Assembly: GCA_039194925.1 (NCBI GenBank)
Contig: JBCCVV010000006.1
Coordinates: forward strand, 205 to 64,204
Direction: 5' to 3'
Length of the DNA stretch: 64,000 nucleotides
DNA from: Bacteroidota bacterium
GTDB lineage: Bacteria > Bacteroidota > Bacteroidia > Chitinophagales > Saprospiraceae
Of the stretch, positions 50,715 through 60,510 are shown one piece after another. The translations under genes were made by a program, and so were the position numbers. Each line of letters begins with the position of its first letter. The stretch's first letter is position 1. The notes beneath the pieces are model-generated. The model did no database searches. It was not told the DNA's origin and was given only the letters and a program-made list of their open reading frames with translations.

Positions 50715-51944
50715 TTATTTTTCTAAAATGAACTTTTCTGTTTTTGTTTCTCGAGTATCCAAGTCGACCAATTTTAGAAAATACATTCCATTTGAAAGAT
50801 TACTTAGATCAAGCGTTGGATTTTGTGTAGGTATTGTCACAATTCGACCATACATGTCAAAAATGGAATACTCTAATTTTAAGTTGAAAGGATTGGATAT
50901 TGTCACCAGACCAGCGCTAGGATTTGGGTAAGAATGAACAGATTCCAGACGTTCAGAAAAATCCGCCACACTTGAAGTTAAATCTCCACAGAGGATATTT
51001 GCGAGGAAGTCTGCTGTGAAATCTACACTACTTACAACATTATCCGCTCCAAATAGAAAACTTACATGTCCTTGACTATTCTCTATAGTTCGCAACTGGT
51101 TCAGGACTGAGACACTATCACCCACTTCCTGGCATCGTTGGCTTCCCTCCATGAAAATGATTGGAATATTAAAAACTGTTGCAAAACCACCACCATACGG
51201 TACTACGGGATCCATATCATCATGAATACTTACAAAAGGCGGGTCATTGGCATCAATCCATGAAGCGTTATTCAAGCCACCTGAGAAATTGACTAACCCT
51301 TGTACTTCTGACGAATATTCCAAATTCGAGCTTGAGTTGCCTTCAATTCCTCCATTGTCGTCCAAAATAGTCATAATATCTTCTGGCAAATCGTCCGTTT
51401 CGTCAAGCACTGCCGTATGAAATGCCGTAATGCTGCCTGCGGAGACACCACCAACAAAGATATTATCCGGATCAATTCTAAATTGATTGTTTGTGTCCGC
51501 ATCTTGCCGCATAAATCGAATCGCAGCCTTCATATCCGAAACCGATTTGATTACGACGACCTTAAAATCGTCATCCGAAGGAATTGGAACCAAAGGACCG
51601 TCATACAATCGATAATCAATCGCGACTGCAACGTATCCTTTTTTTGCATACGCCTCACATAAAAATCCTACGTCAGATCTTTCTCCACCTATGAAACTTC
51701 CACCAAATGCCAGAATAATAACCGGTCTTTTTTCAAGATTATCGCCTATGGGCTCATATACATTAAGAAACAATTCCTGAAAATTCCCTGCGAACGTCTC
51801 ACCTTCACCAAACTTAATGTCATTGAAAACTCCAACAGTACTGAAGACATCATCTCTAAAACGAATGCCATCGCAACCTTCAATTTGTGAATAGGAAATA
51901 TCATAAACAAAAAGAAAGCATAAAAGAAGTAGATATTTTTTCAT
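50715..51944 (-). CDS. Secreted alpha/beta-hydrolase (carboxylesterase-like) with T9SS type A C-terminal domain
   Basis: Signal peptide; nucleophile elbow GGVSAGS; C-terminus VHSYPNPSAGLVTISNP...YSIFDMYGRIV...LSNGMYFLKLVD...KFILEK. Confidence 0.8.
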   Translation of the reverse strand: MKKYLLLLCFLFVYDISYSQIEGCDGIRFRDDVFSTVGVFNDIKFGEGETFAGNFQELFLNVYEPIGDNLEKRPVIILAFGGSFIGGERSDVGFLCEAYAKKGYVAVAIDYRLYDGPLVPIPSDDDFKVVVIKSVSDMKAAIRFMRQDADTNNQFRIDPDNIFVGGVSAGSITAFHTAVLDETDDLPEDIMTILDDNGGIEGNSSSNLEYSSEVQGLVNFSGGLNNASWIDANDPPFVSIHDDMDPVVPYGGGFATVFNIPIIFMEGSQRCQEVGDSVSVLNQLRTIENSQGHVSFLFGADNVVSSVDFTADFLANILCGDLTSSVADFSERLESVHSYPNPSAGLVTISNPFNLKLEYSIFDMYGRIVTIPTQNPTLDLSNLSNGMYFLKLVDLDTRETKTEKFILEK

Positions 51945-52073
51945 TAAACAAGTTTTAAAATCAAAGAAAAAGAAGAGGGTGTAACATCCAATTCCTTCTA
52001 TACACTAAAATAAGATCAGGTACTGAATTCGAGAATTCAAACGCAAAATAAGGAATATGGTTTCGAAGATAGA

Positions 52074-52745
52074 TTAAACCTTTTTCAATTCTCCCACATA
52101 GAGCTCAATGAATTCGTACAATCGTTTTCGGCGATATTGCATTACCCATCTGGGATGCGGTAAGGGTACGATGGAATCAAAAAAAGAGAATTCTTCGTTG
52201 AGTTTTTTCAAAAATTTAAAATTAAGTCCATTGCCCATGCAGAAGGCGACATCCGTATGCATCCCCATGGCGATTTGGTCTTGAAGGCCTGAGACAATAT
52301 GTTTTTTCACACTCTTGAAAAGCATCTTATCATCGTAATAATTGCAATTGATGCCATTACGGAGAAATCCAAGAGGGCAAACAGAATTGATGTAAAACTT
52401 TTGGTAAAACCGTTCGATACCACCATAAGCGTGAATAAATTTGTATACAAAAATGGCTGATAATTCATTTTTTTTGGGAAAATCGTTGGCTATACCGCAG
52501 TCCTCGGCAATGATTTTTGGATCGGTAAAGGGTACACCTGTAACACCGGCACCATGTCTACCGGGATTTATCCCAATTAGGAAGTGACGACGTTGCGTAT
52601 CATTAAAATATTTCTGATAAAAAGCAGAAAAGATCTCGATTGTCTCCATGTTGGAGAAAGGGTCGATCAAGTCGAAACCTTTTGCGATTTTCCAATTTCG
52701 ATCCATTGAGGTATAGAAATGGATAACTTTTTCGGCTAATGTCAT
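52074..52745 (-). CDS. SMUG-type uracil-DNA glycosylase superfamily protein
   Basis: Motif 1 FLIGINPGRHGAGVTGVPFTD (compare SMUG1 GMNPGPFGMAQTGVPF) and a C-terminal LPHPRW motif. Confidence 0.6.
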   Translation of the reverse strand: MTLAEKVIHFYTSMDRNWKIAKGFDLIDPFSNMETIEIFSAFYQKYFNDTQRRHFLIGINPGRHGAGVTGVPFTDPKIIAEDCGIANDFPKKNELSAIFVYKFIHAYGGIERFYQKFYINSVCPLGFLRNGINCNYYDDKMLFKSVKKHIVSGLQDQIAMGMHTDVAFCMGNGLNFKFLKKLNEEFSFFDSIVPLPHPRWVMQYRRKRLYEFIELYVGELKKV

Positions 52746-52771
52746 CTAAGGGAAAGATTAAAGAGATTGGA

Positions 52772-52825
52772 GAAAATTGAAAAGATTGTAATTATCAATT
52801 ATCCTTAACAATCTTTTCAATTTTT
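52772..52825 (-). terminator. 17-bp inverted repeat downstream of the OMP gene and upstream of the UDG gene
   Basis: gaaaattgaaaagattg (52772-52788) pairs with caatcttttcaattttt (52809-52825) across a 20-nt spacer, with one G-U at the end. Confidence 0.45.
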
Positions 52826-52836
52826 AAACTTCTTCT

Positions 52837-53334
52837 TTACAAAAACATCGCGAAACCTACTCTCAAATTAAAGACAAGATCCTCGTCGGCATATAGACCA
52901 CCAATGGTCGGTTCAAGCATAACATTTGGCGCAAGGCTAATGGCATATCCTATTCCCAGGTTTCCTTGGAATTCTGTTCCAAACGCATCAACGAGAATTC
53001 CACCAAAATCAATAATAAAATTGCCATCGCTATAATATTTTCCACCTAAACCAAAACTTGTAATGCTCGACCCATCACTGGACACCAAACCAAATTTTGC
53101 TTTCAACGCGAAATTATTACTCAGAAATTTTCCCAATTCTGCGCCCACAGTAGTAAATGAGTTGCCATCGACTGAAATAATGTTTGCCCCTGTTCCACCT
53201 CCTGTAATACCCGTGAAAATATTGAAGCCTGTTTCTACCAGCCATCTCCCATCACGTACAAAGGGCTCATCATCCTGAGCTTGCATGGAGCTGGTAGCGA
53301 ACAAGGTAAAGATCAGTAAGGAGGCAATTTTCAT
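52837..53334 (-). CDS. Small outer-membrane beta-barrel protein (OmpW/porin-like)
   Basis: Start at MKIASLLIFTLFATSSMQAQ. Alternating Gly/aromatic beta-strand pattern and a terminal ...VGFAMFL (C-terminal Phe-x motif). Confidence 0.65.
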   Translation of the reverse strand: MKIASLLIFTLFATSSMQAQDDEPFVRDGRWLVETGFNIFTGITGGGTGANIISVDGNSFTTVGAELGKFLSNNFALKAKFGLVSSDGSSITSFGLGGKYYSDGNFIIDFGGILVDAFGTEFQGNLGIGYAISLAPNVMLEPTIGGLYADEDLVFNLRVGFAMFL

Positions 53335-53840
53335 TAATTTCAAGGGATTTAGAATGTAATTGAATTTAGCGTTGAAAAAAGACTTCATTAATGTGTTTTT
53401 CAATAGTCTCATGATTTAACGTTTAATGTATTTAGTAAACTAATAATGGTTAGAAATGATCCAATATCAACCTGAAGTTACTGGTTGTGTTTCCATACAT
53501 TTCTCATTTGAATCAGTTCAAGATCAATGAACCGGGCAATGATCAACGTATGTAATTCAGACGACGTCACATCATTTCGATATCATTGCAATATATACAT
53601 TCGGGATTAAATGAAGGTATGCTGAAAGACCGATTTTTTTAAATTGAAACAAACAGAAATACCCAAAGCACTTTTAATTTGAGAATTCTCTATCCTCTTA
53701 TGTCGTCATCTCCGAAAACTAAAAGCGGCCTTTTCTTCAAAACTCAGCGCATTGGTATAATTATTGTATTAAATATTTTCATAATATGTTATAAGCTGAA
53801 AAAGTGTTAAAAACAAATTATACTAAAATTTAATATATCG

Positions 53841-56800
53841 TTGAAAATTATTTCTACCATATTGGCACTCTTGCTCTATGTCACAGCGTTTTCCGCGCCA
53901 GGATCATCTTCAATGATGATAAATGTTGAAGCGGGAACCTCTCAAACCATATGTTATGGAGAGACGTTGGATTTGGATTTGCTGGGCGCTTCCATTTCTG
54001 GTGATGTGAGCGATGGAATATGGTTTACTACAGGAGATGGTATTTTCCTGCCTGGAAATAGCAACAATGGCGTGTTTTCAACTACGGACCAATATCAACC
54101 GGGCCCTCAAGATCAAAGCAATGGATCATTTACGCTGATTTTAGTGAGCGATGACCCTGATGGCAATGGCCCTATGGTCGAGGTGTCGGATGAAGTCGAA
54201 ATCAGTTTTATGAATGCTCCGGCTTTGGTTTGTAACACTAGTATCAATGTGTCTCTGGCTGAGGGCTGTGAACAGGCAGTTGATATTTTTATGCTTTTGG
54301 CCAATCCGGCAGAGCCCTACACTAAATACATCATTGAATTGTATGACGAAAATGATGTTTTGATTCCGAATAATGTATTGACTGTTGATCATCTGGGAAC
54401 CGATGTTTCGTTTGTTGTTGGGCATGATTGTACAAGTAATAGTTGTGGTGGAGATATTTCTGTAACGGATAATATAGCTCCCTTTCTCAACTGTGTGGAT
54501 GCAGATGTGGAGTGTGAATTTGGAGTGAATCCCGAATCTGTCGGACTTCCAATCCCTTTTTATGCTATAGCAACAGCCATTGATGACAACACCTATTTAG
54601 TAGAAGACTTTGACGCATGTGGTGATGTCACACTTACGTTTCAAGATATAGAAGTGGAAATGGCTTGTGCAAGCACGGGATATATCAAGGAGATTACGCG
54701 TAGTTGGGTAGCGGAGGATGATCAAGGGAATAGTTCTACCTGTGAACAAATCATATTGGTAAGACCGCTTCCACTATCTGCGGTAATGACTCCACCGAAT
54801 TATGACGGTACAGACGAATTGCCATTGGAGTGCGATGGTGACTGGGAGGCGCTTCCAGATGGACATCCGTCACCTGCTTCGACCGGAATGCCTTCTTTTC
54901 CAGATTGTGGGAATATAGACGGAACCTATATGGATGTCGAATTCGAAGAGTGTGGAGACGGATTCAAAGTATTGCGACAGTGGTTTATCATAGATTGGTG
55001 TACCACTCAAACCTTAGAAGAGAACCAAGTGATAAAAATTCTGGATCAGCAAGGACCGGTCTTTGAATGCCCGGAAGATTTGGTGCTTTCTTCCCATGCC
55101 TATGAATGCATCAATGAACCCTATGAACTAAGTTTTGTCGATAGCGTCTATGATTGTTCGATGTACGATTCCAGTTTTCAAATCCTGACATTGGAAGAAG
55201 TAGACATTTCGATGGATTTCATTGTCGACGGAAATAGAATTGAAGGACTGCCGGTAGGGGAGTACTTTTTGCTGTATGTAGCAACGGATGTTTGTGGAAA
55301 TGCTTCACAATGCACTACTTCCCTTGAGGTAATTGATGATACGGCTCCTTTTGCTGTTTGTGATGGATTTACACAGGTTGCTGTAAGCAGCAACGGAATT
55401 GCCGATCTTTTGGCTATAAGCCTGGATGATGGTAGTTTTGATAATTGCGGCAATATCATCATGGAGGTAGCCAAAATGACCGACGAATGTGCCTGGGGGT
55501 TGGATTTTGGTCCGAAAGTTCATTTCTGTTGTGAAGAAATTGGAGATACAACCATGGTGGCATTTAGAGTTACAGACGATCGAGGATTGAGTAATACGTG
55601 CATGGTCTCTGTTTTTATAGAAGACAAATTACCTCCATCGATCGTATGCCCCTCCGATTTAACCATATCTTGTGCATATCATTTTGATCCGGACGACTTG
55701 AGTATATTTGGTTCTGTGGTAGAGGGTGAAGGAAATGAAGAACCCATTCTCATCAATGGTCAGGAGCTGGGAATCGATGGCTATTTCGAAGACAACTGTG
55801 CAGCCTCAGTAGAGGAAGAATCCATAATTAACCTGGATTGTGGTGCAGGAATTATTACCCGAACATTCACCGCAACGGATCTTTTTGGTCAAACGGCCTC
55901 TTGTACACAAACTATTACAGTAGCTAGTGATAACCCATTTTTGGAAAGTGATATTCTTTGGCCCGGTAATTTTGAGATGAATGGCTGCGATACCATACAA
56001 GCAGACCCAAGCATAACTGGCCTACCTACATGGGAGAATAATAAGTGCGCCTTAGTTGCCGCAGAGCACAAGGATCAAATCTTTTATATTTCCGGAGGTG
56101 CTTGTGTAAAAATATTACGTGAATGGACTGTAATTGACTGGTGTCAGTATGATGTGGGTCAAAACATCGGAATCTGGACATATCTCCAGGAAATAAAATT
56201 AAAGAATACCATCGCACCGGAATTTGTGGAATGTGAAGATCAGGAAATATGTTCGTACGACGAAAACTGTACTTCGGAGTTGGTTACGATAACGGCTTAT
56301 GCCAATGATGATTGCACGGATTCTTTAGATCTTTTTTATCAATGGAGTCTGGATATCGATGATGATGGTACTGTGGATGAGTTTGGTCAGGGAATTGAAT
56401 TCACAAGAGAGTTGTTGTATGGTGAACATAGAGTCTTTTGGACTGTGGAAGATGGATGTGGTAATGCGGAGACCTGCAATTATAAATTGACCGTAAGAGA
56501 TTGCAAAAACCCAACACCGTATTGTACTTCTTCCATTACCACGACGATTATGCCGAGCTCAGGAATGATTGATATTTGGGCTGTAGACTATAATTATGGA
56601 AGTTTTGATAACTGTACCGCCCCAGAAGATCTTATCTTTTCCTTTTCACAAGATGTCACGGATGACAACCGGGTAATTAGCTGTGAGGATATTGAAAATG
56701 GAGTAGCGCAAGAATTTACGTTCGAATTGTGGGTAACAGATGAATACGGCAATCAGGACCGATGTGAAGTATCATTTATCGTGCAAGACAATTCTGATGC

Positions 56801-58013
56801 ATGCCCAAATGGTACGATCAAAGGTAAAATTGAAGGCAGAGTGATGTCTCATCGAGACGACTATATTCCCAATGTGGAGTTGAATTATACTGCCTCTATT
56901 GATACGTTCTCAGGGATGAAGTTGACAGATGGATTGGGAGAGTTTGTACTGGATACAATTCCCGAATATTTGAAATACATATTTAAGCCCTCGTTCGAAT
57001 CGGAACCGCTTTCCGGTGTAAATACTCTGGATCTGGTACTGATCCAACGTCACATTTTGGAGCTTGCACCATTTGATAATCCTTACGATATCATGGCTTC
57101 AGATGTAACGGGAAATGAAAAAGTAAGCAGTGCCGATTTGCTTACGCTTCGTAAATTGATACTTGGGATTATAAGCGATTGGCCGCAAGGTGTAGACGAA
57201 TGGGTATTTGTAGATTCTTCATTTGTATTTTTTGATGAAGAGCAACCCTGGTATTATCCTGATTCAATAGTCATAGATAAACTGGGTGATTCAGTGGAGC
57301 ATGTAGACTTTGTGGCTGTGAAAATGGGAGATGTCAACGGTTCATATCAACCCGGATTGCAGAATGAGCGCAATCATTCGACTACTAGAAACAATGAGGC
57401 AATTCCTGTCTTGTTCTCCAAAAAGAATGAAGGTGATAATTACTCCTATGATCTGATCTTTGAAGAATTAGATGATATTCCCGATGGGTTACAATTGAGT
57501 TTTCAAGTGCCGGAGAAGGTGGTTTTGACTTCTGAATACTTATCAGAAAGTGATTTTAGCATTATTGATAATGTATTGCGGATTTCGTGGGTCAATACAC
57601 GGATGAAAGACATTCAAGATATTCCTTTTCTAACGCTTACGGTTGCAAATGACAAAGAGATTTCTCTATTGCAGGAATTGAAACCGGAAATCTACATCGA
57701 CTTAAACCCACTCGATTTGCAGGTTGAATTTAAAGAAAACCAGCCTTTGATTTCTGAGGATGTTAAGAAGGATCTGTCTATTTATGCGATACAAAATCCT
57801 TTTGACGGTGATTTGAACATAAAAGTTGAGGGGAGCTATACCCAAATGCAGATCACGATGTTGGATACGCGAGGCCAATTAATTTATTCAGGCCAATATC
57901 ACGGTACAAATGAAATTATAATTCCAGATGAGACCTTCTCTGGCAGCGGGCTTTATTGGGTTCGTGCTTTGATTGATGATCATCTTCAAACGCTAAAGGT
58001 GATAAAGTTATAA
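53841..58013 (+). CDS. Large secreted HYR-like repeat protein (1390 aa) with a dockerin-like segment and T9SS type A CTD; TTG start
   Basis: Signal peptide MKIISTILALLLYVTAFSAP. Repeated D..(A/P)P....C openers (DNIAPFLNC, DTAPFAVC, DKLPPSIVC, NTIAPEFVEC) and GSFDNC motifs. Dockerin-like GVNTLDLVLIQRHIL...SDVTGNEKVSSADLLTLRKLILG. C-terminus YAIQNPFDGDLNIKV...GLYWVRALIDDHLQTLKVIKL. Confidence 0.8.
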   Translation: MKIISTILALLLYVTAFSAPGSSSMMINVEAGTSQTICYGETLDLDLLGASISGDVSDGIWFTTGDGIFLPGNSNNGVFSTTDQYQPGPQDQSNGSFTLILVSDDPDGNGPMVEVSDEVEISFMNAPALVCNTSINVSLAEGCEQAVDIFMLLANPAEPYTKYIIELYDENDVLIPNNVLTVDHLGTDVSFVVGHDCTSNSCGGDISVTDNIAPFLNCVDADVECEFGVNPESVGLPIPFYAIATAIDDNTYLVEDFDACGDVTLTFQDIEVEMACASTGYIKEITRSWVAEDDQGNSSTCEQIILVRPLPLSAVMTPPNYDGTDELPLECDGDWEALPDGHPSPASTGMPSFPDCGNIDGTYMDVEFEECGDGFKVLRQWFIIDWCTTQTLEENQVIKILDQQGPVFECPEDLVLSSHAYECINEPYELSFVDSVYDCSMYDSSFQILTLEEVDISMDFIVDGNRIEGLPVGEYFLLYVATDVCGNASQCTTSLEVIDDTAPFAVCDGFTQVAVSSNGIADLLAISLDDGSFDNCGNIIMEVAKMTDECAWGLDFGPKVHFCCEEIGDTTMVAFRVTDDRGLSNTCMVSVFIEDKLPPSIVCPSDLTISCAYHFDPDDLSIFGSVVEGEGNEEPILINGQELGIDGYFEDNCAASVEEESIINLDCGAGIITRTFTATDLFGQTASCTQTITVASDNPFLESDILWPGNFEMNGCDTIQADPSITGLPTWENNKCALVAAEHKDQIFYISGGACVKILREWTVIDWCQYDVGQNIGIWTYLQEIKLKNTIAPEFVECEDQEICSYDENCTSELVTITAYANDDCTDSLDLFYQWSLDIDDDGTVDEFGQGIEFTRELLYGEHRVFWTVEDGCGNAETCNYKLTVRDCKNPTPYCTSSITTTIMPSSGMIDIWAVDYNYGSFDNCTAPEDLIFSFSQDVTDDNRVISCEDIENGVAQEFTFELWVTDEYGNQDRCEVSFIVQDNSDACPNGTIKGKIEGRVMSHRDDYIPNVELNYTASIDTFSGMKLTDGLGEFVLDTIPEYLKYIFKPSFESEPLSGVNTLDLVLIQRHILELAPFDNPYDIMASDVTGNEKVSSADLLTLRKLILGIISDWPQGVDEWVFVDSSFVFFDEEQPWYYPDSIVIDKLGDSVEHVDFVAVKMGDVNGSYQPGLQNERNHSTTRNNEAIPVLFSKKNEGDNYSYDLIFEELDDIPDGLQLSFQVPEKVVLTSEYLSESDFSIIDNVLRISWVNTRMKDIQDIPFLTLTVANDKEISLLQELKPEIYIDLNPLDLQVEFKENQPLISEDVKKDLSIYAIQNPFDGDLNIKVEGSYTQMQITMLDTRGQLIYSGQYHGTNEIIIPDETFSGSGLYWVRALIDDHLQTLKVIKL

Positions 58014-58031
58014 TTGAAAATTGAAAATTAA
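58011..58031 (+). repeat. Three tandem heptamers (taattga aaattga aaattaa) beginning with the stop codon
   Basis: Read directly; TAA at 58011-58013 is the stop of the 1390-aa protein gene. Confidence 0.7.
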
Positions 58032-58040
58032 CGATTTAAA

Positions 58041-58142
58041 ATTTCTCTAATCCTTTCGTTTTACTCAGAAGAACTCTTACTAATGTCTTGACTTCGTCCG
58101 AAAGGATAATATTTCAATCTCTTCAATCTTTCTTTCATTCTT
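58041..58142 (+). repeat. Dispersed composite intergenic element, copy B
   Basis: ctcagaagaactcttactaatg (58064-58085), then gacttcgtccgaaagg (58090-58105), then tttcaatctcttcaatctttctttcattc (58112-58140). Confidence 0.45.
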
Positions 58143-58219
58143 ACCCTTTGTTTCAAATGTTTTAAATTGGATTACATATCTTTAGATTGTTTAGCGTTGG
58201 GATATATCTTAAGATTTAA

Positions 58220-59503
58220 ATGAATAATCGGATTTGTAACATATGGATGGTAGTTAGTTTTTTGTGCACAGGCATAATGGGCATACATGCTCAAAATATG
58301 ATCCAAAACAATTCATTTGAGGAAGTTGAATGTCCGGATAATACTATTGCCAGTTTTTATGAAACAGAATTCTGGAAGGTGACTGGGGCAGATGCCTATT
58401 GGATGCACTACAGCTGTCCTCCGGATCCTGTTGCCACACAGTCAATTTTTGCTATTAAAACCGGAATTATTCCCTATGAGGGGTCAGGTTATATATCACT
58501 TGAATGCGCCATATTTAATAATGGCTTCATATTAACGGAAGGCGTCTCACAGCAATTGGAACGGCCTATTAAAAAGAATTCCTATTATTATCTGGAATTG
58601 GCAACATTAAAATATGGTCTGTTGGATCATTTTGAAATGGTTCCTGAAGGATGCTCTGATTTTCCGGATAGAGGGTTAGAATTTCGATTGGATAACAAGC
58701 ATATTGAATTTGATTTGGACTCCAAGTCTCAAAATTTTCTACCCATTATCATGGGAATGGAAACCTCATCTAAAGTCATATTTGACGATATACACATCGA
58801 GGATAAAATCTCTTCCGGAACGTCTTGGGATGTGTATTGGAATTGTTTTCAAGCCGATGACGATTATGAATATATTGCAGTGGGAGGTCCTACCAAATTT
58901 TTTGATGAACTGAATTCATGTATGGAAGAAGGGCTTGAAGGCGTTCAGTGGTTATCTGGATATGCCATCGATTTCATTCAATTGTATGAATTGCCGGAGA
59001 CCTTGGATACCACCATATCTTTATGTCAAGGGGCGGCGGTTTTTGTACTGGGAGATTTGATCGAAGGACCTTTTTTAAAACGCGCTACGTTGCGTTGGGA
59101 GGATGGTGTCACAGGAGGAGATCGAACGTTTACTCAAGCGGGAAGTTATGTTTTAAATATGGAGTTGCCATGCAGATCGTTTCCCATTACGGTACATTTA
59201 GAAGAAGAGAATTGTGATGTGAATGTCTTTATGCCCAATATCTTCTCGGTTTATAGCGCTCCACCTCATAATATCGTTAAACCATATGTTCAAAGTGATT
59301 TTCCGATTGAGGAGTTTTCCTGGATTATTTATGATCGATGGGGAAATTTGTTATTTGAAACCAACGAATTGGATCAGGAATGGGATGGACGGTTTAATGG
59401 CAGCTTCGTAGACAAAGGAGTGTACATGTGGAAAATTGAATATTCTATAAATCGAGGTCTTGTAAAAGAAGAGGTGATCGGATCACTGACGCTTTTAAAA
59501 TAG
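58220..59503 (+). CDS. Secreted protein with T9SS type B (gliding motility-associated, CHU_C-type) C-terminal domain
   Basis: The N-terminal NNSFEEVECP motif is typical of this family. C-terminus MPNIFS...FSWIIYDRWGNLLFETNELDQEWDGRFNGSFVDKGVYMWKIEY...GSLTLLK. Confidence 0.8.
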   Translation: MNNRICNIWMVVSFLCTGIMGIHAQNMIQNNSFEEVECPDNTIASFYETEFWKVTGADAYWMHYSCPPDPVATQSIFAIKTGIIPYEGSGYISLECAIFNNGFILTEGVSQQLERPIKKNSYYYLELATLKYGLLDHFEMVPEGCSDFPDRGLEFRLDNKHIEFDLDSKSQNFLPIIMGMETSSKVIFDDIHIEDKISSGTSWDVYWNCFQADDDYEYIAVGGPTKFFDELNSCMEEGLEGVQWLSGYAIDFIQLYELPETLDTTISLCQGAAVFVLGDLIEGPFLKRATLRWEDGVTGGDRTFTQAGSYVLNMELPCRSFPITVHLEEENCDVNVFMPNIFSVYSAPPHNIVKPYVQSDFPIEEFSWIIYDRWGNLLFETNELDQEWDGRFNGSFVDKGVYMWKIEYSINRGLVKEEVIGSLTLLK

Positions 59504-59517
59504 GGTAGTAAAGTTTT

Positions 59518-60510
59518 CTACACCACAAAGGAGTGACTGTATACTTCTTCAATCTCATCCAGTATTTCGAATAAGATTTCAGGTTCGTAGATGGTTACCA
59601 ATTTGGTACGATACGGCTTGATGTTTCTAAAGCCCCTGAAATAGTTGGTATAGTGTCGTCTCATCTCGACCACGCCCAATCGATCTCCTTTCCATTCGAG
59701 ACTGTGTTTGAGATGTCTTCTGGCGGCGTCTACTCTTTCCTGAATGGTAGGTGGGTCAAGGAGTTCACCCGTTGCTACATAATGCTTTATTTCTCTAAAG
59801 ATCCACGGATAGCCAATGCTCGCCCGGCCAATCATAATGCCATCTACTCCATATCTATTTTTGTATTCCACCGCTTTTTGAGGACTGTCAATGTCTCCAT
59901 TTCCGATGATAGGAATATGAATTCTGGGATTTCGCTTAATATTTCCGATTTGAGTCCAGTCTGCTTCTCCCTTATACATTTGCTTACGCGTACGTCCGTG
60001 GATGGACAATGCTTTGATTCCTACGTCTTGCAATCGTTCTGCAACTTCTTCAATTTTAATGGAATTGTCATCCCAACCCAATCGGGTCTTTACGGTGACG
60101 GGCAAAGAAGTGCTATCTACAATGCTTTTGGTGAGTTGTACCATTTTAGGAATGTCTTGTAAAATCCCTGCTCCCGCCATTTTACAAACCACTTTTTTTA
60201 CCGGACAACCATAATTGATGTCTAAAACTTCGGGTTTGGCTTCTTCTACAATCTCAGCCGCTTTGCGCATACTTGCCTCTTCTGCACCAAAAATCTGAAT
60301 TCCGATAGGGCGCTCGTAATCGTAGATATCCATTTTTTGGACACTTTTATCCGCATCTCGGATCAATCCTTCTACTGAAATAAACTCCGTATACATCATA
60401 TCACACCCTTGCTCTTTACACAAGGCACGAAATGGTGGATCACTGACGTCTTCCATCGGAGCCAGTAAAAGCGGAAAATCTCCTAAATCTATATCTGCGA
60501 TTTTTGCCAT
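59518..60510 (-). CDS. dusB: tRNA-dihydrouridine synthase
   Basis: LAPMEDVSDPPFR...IQIFG...DINYGCPVKKV...LSIHGRTR...GNGDI; full-length Dus TIM-barrel plus helical domain. Confidence 0.85.
   Translation of the reverse strand: MAKIADIDLGDFPLLLAPMEDVSDPPFRALCKEQGCDMMYTEFISVEGLIRDADKSVQKMDIYDYERPIGIQIFGAEEASMRKAAEIVEEAKPEVLDINYGCPVKKVVCKMAGAGILQDIPKMVQLTKSIVDSTSLPVTVKTRLGWDDNSIKIEEVAERLQDVGIKALSIHGRTRKQMYKGEADWTQIGNIKRNPRIHIPIIGNGDIDSPQKAVEYKNRYGVDGIMIGRASIGYPWIFREIKHYVATGELLDPPTIQERVDAARRHLKHSLEWKGDRLGVVEMRRHYTNYFRGFRNIKPYRTKLVTIYEPEILFEILDEIEEVYSHSFVV

Noticed and set aside
51990-52050. GAATTCGAGAATTC near 52029-52042 as a terminator for the UDG gene.
   Set aside because: It is two adjacent EcoRI-type palindromes. 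The possible hairpin has a loop too short to be convincing.
59653-60162. Antisense or alternate-frame ORFs inside housekeeping genes: 59653-60162 and 60002-60214 in dusB, 61382-61792 and 61936-62199 in nhaD, 38957-39277 in the symporter, 37189-37485 in murQ, and 53063-53278, 50728-50931 and 51417-51662.
   Set aside because: Each is fully nested in a gene with strong family-level evidence on the other strand or frame.
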